Below are positions 57,600 through 64,000 of a DNA stretch of 64,000 nt, piece after piece (position 1 is the stretch's first letter; every line of letters starts with the position of its first letter). The position numbers and the translations under genes are program-made. The notes beneath the pieces are model-generated. The model worked only from the letters and a program-made list of their open reading frames with translations. It did no database searches and had not been told where the DNA came from. The DNA lies in the NCBI GenBank assembly GCA_010093745.1, contig MU005961.1:124001-188000 (forward strand), given 5' to 3'. Origin of the DNA: Piedraia hortae CBS 480.64 (lineage: Eukaryota).

Positions 57600-58150
57600 G
57601 AAAGCGACAAGCCGAAATTGTCGCAAGTATATAGCAGATTCATTTAGGTAAGCCAGGCAGCGCGCGAGAAGTTCATAGAGCCTGGGAAGAGGCTGGCGTT
57701 GGGAAAATTCCTCACAAAGAGGTGGAACAAGATTCAGTCTCCACCGATGCTGTTGGCTGCGCTGATCGACCCATCATTATCAAAAGAGCATCATTATCAA
57801 AAGAGTGGCAATCAGAGATGATTTCATAGGTGACCAAGTACATTCGGGAGTTGGTGAAGAAGGAATATGGCTCGGAGGGAACGGGGTCCATCTACCCACA
57901 GCTGATGGATTCCCTAGAGGAAGAGGGTACGTATTCTGGGCCGCCAAGAACATGGATCCCGTGTAATGGTGGCCTATGCATTGAGAGGACGGTCAGGAAG
58001 TCCTCTCTCCTTTGCGCCGACATCCGGTGCATCGAAGAGGAATTGGTCAACATTTGCGCTCATACAGAGCAAGCTCAGAAATCGCCTGCTGGATAGCAAC
58101 GCTGAAAAGCTGGTGTACATCTACTGCAACTCAAGATCCAGCACCAAAAT
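57600..58150 (+). mobile_element. hAT transposase C-terminal (dimerisation domain) remnant
   Basis: KRWNKIQSPPMLLAALIDP; PTSGASKRNWSTFALIQSKLRNRLLDSNAEKLVYIYCN. Confidence 0.8.
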
Positions 58151-58389
58151 GCGGCGTGCGAACTGGTGGCCAAGGTCTATCACTGGTGTGGACAGAGGAA
58201 ACAGCGATGAAAGAAAGACAACTCGACTGCCCGCCCGAACTGGCCGGCGGAACTATGTACAGGAAGCAACTAATGTATCAGCGATAACAATGTCGATCGG
58301 CACTGGCCACCGCCTCGTAAGGTCTTTCAAAGCAGCCGAAAATGGCAGTTTATATGCAAAATCTTCTATTCACTACCCGCGCAGGAGTA

Positions 58390-59050
58390 GATGAGACTGG
58401 CGATCGAAGGCATGAAATCCAGGCAAGCGTCATGCGGGAATCGTCCACGCAAGCAGCTTCCATTAAAAACGGCCTCTCTGATACATACCGGCAATTGGCA
58501 GGAGGCTTCGCCGTTCGCGAGCCCCCTGCACTGCAATTTGGAGCACCGAAGACGAGACACGGAGACTTCGCGGCGTACTACCGCTGCTTCGACCACCAGG
58601 GTGCAGTTATGACCTGCTCCTGCGGACATGAGAAGACCCCCGAACATCTCGTACACTGTGTACAGGTCGTTCGCTGCTGGAGTCTATGGCCCTGGTTCTG
58701 GAAAGGGCCACGCCGGCAACTTAATTTCGCATGCTGTCAACGCTACCTCGCCGAACTGGCGAGGCTACCAGCCGATTTTGCGGTGGTCTTGTATAGCACC
58801 AAGTTCCACCGCGAGGTTTGCCCTCGCGGCTGAACACCGTGTTGTGGGACGCTGCGAGCCGTCTACACTTCCGAACATCAAGGAAGGAAGACGGCCGGAT
58901 AAATGTTACGCGCACAAAAGGCTCGATATGCTGACTAGGTAAGTTTTGATACTGTAAGTAGTTCCTAATTTAGAACGACCTATGCCCTCCGGGAGGCTGC
59001 AGCCAGCCGTTCACGGCTGCGCTGCTACGGCGCTTAAAACCAAAATCGGA
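58390..59050 (+). mobile_element. LINE ORF2 C-terminus and 3' UTR (family B)
   Basis: TRHGDFAAYYRCFDHQGAVMTCSCGHEKTPEHLVHC...WPWFWKGPRR...FHREVCPRG*. Confidence 0.85.
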
Positions 59051-59074
59051 ACAAGCATCACATAGAGCAAACCG

Positions 59075-59542
59075 ATGCTTGATGCATTGATCTCCTCACA
59101 ACGGTTTCACAGGCAAGCCAGTTGTGCCCCAGCCCTTAGGTCCCTCTGGCAGTCATCGTTGGCACAAAGAAAGGCAGGGTGGCGCAAACACCGCGCCAAT
59201 ACGAGAATGCAGACGGGCGGAGTGATCTACGCTAGGGACGTAGGAAGTGAGGGACATGGTCGATTCGGAAGAGTTCCTCAAGAAGTTCAAGTGTGTGAAT
59301 TGGACTGGGGCGAGAAGATCCATCTAATGCGGCTCAAGACGGTGGTTCACCCGGCTATGAAGCGCAGCGACCTGACAAAAACTATAGCCGCCATCGCCGA
59401 GGGTAAACGTAGGCTGGAAGGGGGAGATGGGGGGAGCGACGTGGACTGTCGACCAGATTGGACCATATGGTTCAACAGCGGTAGGGGCAGGACAAAGAAG
59501 ACGGCCGCCAGAGATTATCCCAAGCGGTGGGGTGGGCCATGA
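59075..59542 (+). mobile_element. Possible pogo/Fot1-like transposase C-terminal remnant
   Basis: RK..RKHRANTRMQTGGVIYARD resembles the basic QxGGVIxxxDA tail of fungal pogo-like transposases. Confidence 0.4.
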
Positions 59543-60499
59543 CCAAAGAGATAGATCAGGCAGCAAGACGGCACGCGGTAAGAGGAGAGTCAAGCTCGCG
59601 CCTGCTGCTTCGCATTCTGGGTCCGATTCGGGTTCTGTTAGTTCAGGTTTATTGTAACAAATTGGAGCTCAAAGGCGTTGTTGGGTTGAGCACACACGGG
59701 TGTAGCGGCTTTGGACCGGGATTGGAACGGGAGATTGCAGCGGGGAACACTCTGCCTGGAGCGCTGCAATTCTGCGTAGATATTGGCAGCCACACGTCCT
59801 GCAATCGATTGTAACTGGATCATATCACTTGTTCGTATCATATCACTGTCGTCCACTCCTAGCAGAGGGTGGAAGTTGCTTCCTACGAACATAGATGCCT
59901 CTTAGCAGGCACAAAAGGAAAAGAAATGGCTACTTGATTTCCGCTACAGTCATAACATACCTAGAAAGCTTGTGCTCAGTTTCGCCTCCGGAATGTTCCC
60001 ACTGATCAAATGGCAAGGGATTCGAGCTGACAACCCATTATAAGGCAGCGGGGCGCCGACTACAGACATCGTTTGCATCCGTCGAGGTCTCCCGACTCTA
60101 CCAAACGCCACAAAATGAACTGGTTTTTGGCCGGTGGCGCGTAAAGATGGACTTCGTCAGCGATCTAGCTCGCTGCCAGACCCCATGGGAGTTGCGGACG
60201 GGCTTTCAACAACGCGTCCCCACATTAACAAAATATAGCAGCTATTCATGCCATATGTGACCGATTCGAATCGTGGTAGAACATTAACACATCACGCGAA
60301 CTAGACTTGCTGAACTCCAATTTGATCAGAATCCCCATACAGACTAGACCATAACTACGAGTCGATATATTCAGTAGCGACACGTACGAGATAAATGTTT
60401 TGCATTTGATTTAACGTCAATCTAACCTGGCGTAATAAGTACTATACGCGATAGCGAATAATGTGCTTCAAGGCAGAGTCAGAAATGCACCAAGAGTTT

Positions 60500-61116
60500 G
60501 CTTTTGTTTGTATCATTTAATGCCTTAGCGGTGTCGTCCTGAAGGACTCACCGCGGCCTCCCAAGGAGCATGCAGGCATGCTGATAAGATACGAAAGCTA
60601 TTTATGGCCTTGTTACCTACTTGACCAGTAAATCTTACCCTAAGGAGCTTTTCAAAAGAAGTCGAGCCGCGAAACTTCTCTGCAAAGCGAGAAATGTCCA
60701 CGTCGTTGTAGTTGTCATTGCTTCAGTGTCGCACCATCTTTTCATAAGGGCAAAGTTCACGGTAAAATCCAGTGGTGTCCAGGAACGCGGCGAATTGCTG
60801 AGATTTCCGTACCAGTTCAGCAATGTAGTTGCACGTGGCGCTGTAATCTAGGACGCGTCTTGGGCCCTCCCAGAACCATGGTCCCAGCCTCCATCGTCGT
60901 CAGACGAGGAAGCAGTGGACAAGATGGTCCGGAGCTTTTGGCCTTCCGCAACTGCAGTCCATAGTTGCGTCTGTTGTGTCCAATCCGTAGCGCCAGCAAG
61001 CGCTGCAGAACCGGCCTTAGCAAGGACAACGATTCGCGCTCTCGCATGACGAACGGCATATGCCATCTCTCATACTTGTTTGAGATCTTGGCTTTGAGCC
61101 TGTTCCAGTCTTCCAT
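60500..61116 (-). mobile_element. LINE ORF2 C-terminus with family C 3' end
   Basis: LSLLRPVLQRLLALRIGH; PWFWEGPRRVLDY...FAAFLDTTGFYRELCP; tail aaatgatacaaacaaa. Confidence 0.8.
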
Positions 61117-61117
61117 G

Positions 61118-63060
61118 ATGTTTGTGTTTGTGTTGTTTTACGCCGGGCAGTTAGACTAGGATTATTTACGGTTGCTACGTACCCGGCCAGCATCTTCAGC
61201 CCCGAAGGGCACATCAGTTTCCTCCCGATGTAGTTTTCCTTCGCTTGCAAGGGGAACGTACAGCAAACGACGCCCGTTGGCGCTGCGCTAGCCGCGAGGG
61301 CAGGTTTCCTGGTAGAAACCGGTGTGCTGCACAAATGATGCCAAATGCTCGGGCCTTTTTGACCAGGTCCGCAAAAGCAGCTATCACACCGGCTTCCGGG
61401 TCGCCCTCAGCGTGCCAGCCAGCTCATTTTCTTGGATACTCGTATGGCCGGGACACCACTTCACCCTCACGTCCGCGCCCCTCGGTAGCTTCGTGGAAGG
61501 CATGGAACGCCCAGTGCGAACTGTTGAATGCATCTGCTCGTCGACCCATGGTACTGTGGTGTTGTCGGTGCAGATCCAAATGCAATTTCTTCACCCCCTT
61601 TCCTGCTGGTATTTGACGTTCGCTTCGAGATCTCACCGGGCGCCGACTGCCTCCGCGTCAAACCATTAGAGATCTGACCATCACCAGCTAGAATTATGGT
61701 CTACTTTACATGATTATCTTCTTGGGCATCCTTGCCTCGTCAGAGCTCGCGCTTCCAGCCCGGTGGAAGAAGGCGTTTCTCATCTGAATCTTCTCGGTCG
61801 TCATCAAACATTTGCTTATCAATGTTGAGCTGACGGCACTGATATCGGCAACCGGTCGGACGACAAGGGTCTCCATGACCTTATGGTCGCGGTCCGCTTC
61901 AGTGATTCCGCTCAGGCTACAGATTCTCAAGCCGATGCTGAGGTCAAAGCCGCTGGAAGGGTCAAACCGCTTTTGTCTGGGCTGGGCCTTGTCCTCGGGC
62001 CAGAACCCACCATAGTTGCGTCTTGGTGTTCACCGGAGGTGATACTCCGCCAATCTAGCGTGCTTTCGCGCAACGCTCTGTTACATGTCTCTTGAACGAG
62101 AGATTTCGGTCGAGGTATACTCCGAATCCTCTGACGGCTGGCTGGTATCCTGTCGTTGTGGGCTCGTTGGAGAAGTCGTCGCTCGCAATAAGCGTGGGCG
62201 AATCCCTTGACCTGCCTCGCATCAGTTCCGCCTTTTTGCGCGCAAACTGGACCTTATGCGTTCGACCGTCGTCCGCCCACCCCAACCGCAAGTGCTGATT
62301 CTGGTTGAGGGGTTGTTTCAGGTATAGGAGGGTACAGCACGGGTGATAGCGGGCTTCCCTGAGTGCCACAGGTCACTGCGGCTGGTAGTGTCGTTTGGTC
62401 CGCCGCTCTGTATCTTGCGCCATGGTTTCTGTAAATATGGGCCTCCACGATCTAGGGGACTACCAGTCTTTCTTTTCCGGCTTGGGGATCATGACCACAT
62501 CTGCTGTACGCCAGATCCAGGCACACGTTGGTAACAGCAAGGAACCAGTGGTTGACATGATCCCAGCATGCTCGCATCAGGGATGCTCTCTATCCCTGGT
62601 GCTGTGCTCTTCGACCGAATCGTCGCTTCTTCTGTGAAGACTGGAAGCCTGATGTCGGGGATGCGGCAATGTTGGTGCTCTTATGGTTGGGCGCCTCTGG
62701 TGAGCAATGTGCGAGCATCGTGCAACGGTTCGACCCAGTCTCCAAATTATGGCAGACCTCGGCGACAAGTCTAGAATCTGTCCAGTCGTGGGTGGTTTCA
62801 CCGGCACTGCCAGTATGCCTCATGCCACTGGAAATTGTCCAATTTGTAAGGCATTGTCCTCCGTCTGCACTTACCGTGACCGCGGGCTCGAACATGGCGT
62901 CCTTGACATTAAAGTTCCCTGCAATGAGGCTGTTGAACTCTGGGGCAGATGTTTTCAGTGCCACTTTTCAAATGGCGCGAAGTCCAAGCTGGGTGGGTTT
63001 GACCTTGAGCCTGGTGCAGTTCTGGGCTCTGTACAGAACCTTGACGAGGTCCTAAATATC
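61118..63060 (-). mobile_element. Decayed, internally deleted LINE ORF2 (APE-RT-RNase H) with family A-like 3' UTR
   Basis: LIAGNFNVK (APE), GTQGSPLSPVLY and LGWADD (RT), VRGFGVYLDRNLSFKRHV, SSHWAFHAFHEA (RNase H), tail aaaacaacacaaacacaaac. Confidence 0.85.
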
Positions 63061-63480
63061 CTTGATCCAGTGGGCAACTTGGAATTCTGCATCGGGCTGG
63101 TCCAGGCATCAAGTGTCAGAGCGATAGTCCCAAGGGAAGTGGTCATTGTCTCCGCCAGCTTGAGGGCCATCCTGTTGTGAGAGTCCATGGTCTGTTTGAA
63201 ACATGTCTTGGGGGTAGAGATTTCCATCTCGGTCTGTCGACAGATGTCTCTGAACTCCTGGTTCTGGACAAGACTGAAAGCCTGGTCGTCCTTGACAATG
63301 AACCGGCAAATCACTGAGTCCAGGACTGCCTGTCTGAGCCCGGTGAAGATGCGCTTGGCGTTTGGCTGTTTCCCATGATCATGTCCTGATCAACCGCATT
63401 TTTGCGCCTGTTGCCGAACCCGTTGAGTTTGTTGCACCTCCTACAGATCTCAATGGTGATTCTTGATGTGTCGTGTGCGG
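63060..63480 (-). mobile_element. hAT transposase N-terminal remnant
   Basis: ICRFIVKDDQAFSLVQNQEFRDI...IALTLDAWTSP. Confidence 0.78.
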
Positions 63481-63549
63481 GTTGAGGTGCTGCCGGCCTC
63501 ACTCTGGAGGTACCTCTTGCTGCAGACGCGGCCTCGAACGAAGGCAGAT

Positions 63550-64000
63550 CTTGCGGTAGAAGCCGGCGTTACGTAGGAACGCCGCAAAATCTGCTAGCCG
63601 CCCTCACCAGCTCGGTGAGGTAGCGCTGACGGCATTTGTGGCTGAATTGGCAACGTTGAGTACCTTAGAACCGTTGCCCGAGGCGCCGGCGGCGAATGAC
63701 CACAACCCAGTGTGCCAGGTGCCGGGTGTCTGCAAATGTCTGCAGTAGCAGGTGTTATGACTGCATCCTAGTGGTCCTCGCCGCGGTGGTGATACGTCGC
63801 GAAACCTCCATGCCCCGCCTTAGAGGCCAGAAGGTGGTGCAGGTCGGTTTCTTTCAGCTGTAGTGCTGAGGGCTCGCGAACGGCGAAACCATCTGCCCAT
63901 GTTGAATTTGTATCTGTACTATTTCTGTACACCCTTGAAATGCGACAAATGTGACGTGGCGCAGTGCGTTCGAAGTCCTGGGCTGTAGGATGGTGATGAG
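63550..64000 (-). mobile_element. LINE ORF2 C-terminal remnant
   Basis: LQLKETDLHHLLASKAGHGGFATYHHR; downstream similarity to the other C-termini. Confidence 0.7.

Noticed and set aside
60519..60580. HDV-like ribozyme reading of the LINE 3' structure (GCUAA before the closing stem)
   Set aside because: No P1/P3/L3 nested pseudoknot can be drawn, and the CxAA junction is not conserved in families A and B.
61190..61235. CUGAUGU-GCCCUUCGGGC-UGAA hammerhead look-alike on the minus strand
   Set aside because: Core positions are wrong, not conserved in the family A copies, and CUGAUGU pairs with the upstream ACAUCGG as a plain stem.
1..64000. tRNA, rRNA or telomeric repeats
   Set aside because: No convincing A/B-box cloverleaf, rRNA motif or TTAGGG array seen by eye; a tRNAscan or Infernal run would be needed to exclude them.

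Overview
Eukaryotic DNA from a filamentous ascomycete. This is inferred from the proteins, the GT-AG introns with CTRAC-type branch sites and the Tad1-like LINEs; a Dothideomycete-like host is a guess. The window has two compartments. (1) 1-38.2 kb is very gene-dense, with tiny introns (mostly 41-57 nt) and short spacers. It holds a DTD-type opsin, ADP1-like ABCG transporter, TUM1 rhodanese, APC11, a K/A/P/S-repeat protein, ERG9, BimC kinesin-5, a UPF0183 protein, NMT1, ERV14, MAP1, BNA4, a C2H2 protein, a hypothetical protein, BRR2, a decayed head-to-head paralog pair of an unknown family, a HOL1-like MFS and TRM82. (2) 39-64 kb is a nested transposon graveyard around one intact DHA1-type MFS gene. 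It contains several hAT types (one oomycete-like), an IS630/Tc1-like remnant, many Tad1-like LINE pieces (ORF1 resembling powdery-mildew EKA), a Crypton-type GCR1_C remnant, and copia and pogo-like remnants. It also contains a 6.7-kb CACTA/EnSpm-like element with both TIRs, inserted inside a LINE RNase H domain. The most notable unannotated signals are a covarying 3'-terminal RNA structure shared by divergent LINE families, abrupt C-rich/G-rich strand-skew switches inside genes, an unknown gene family with a fragment inside the CACTA-like element, and the apparent lack of RIP. All homology calls come from motif recognition by eye; no searches were run.
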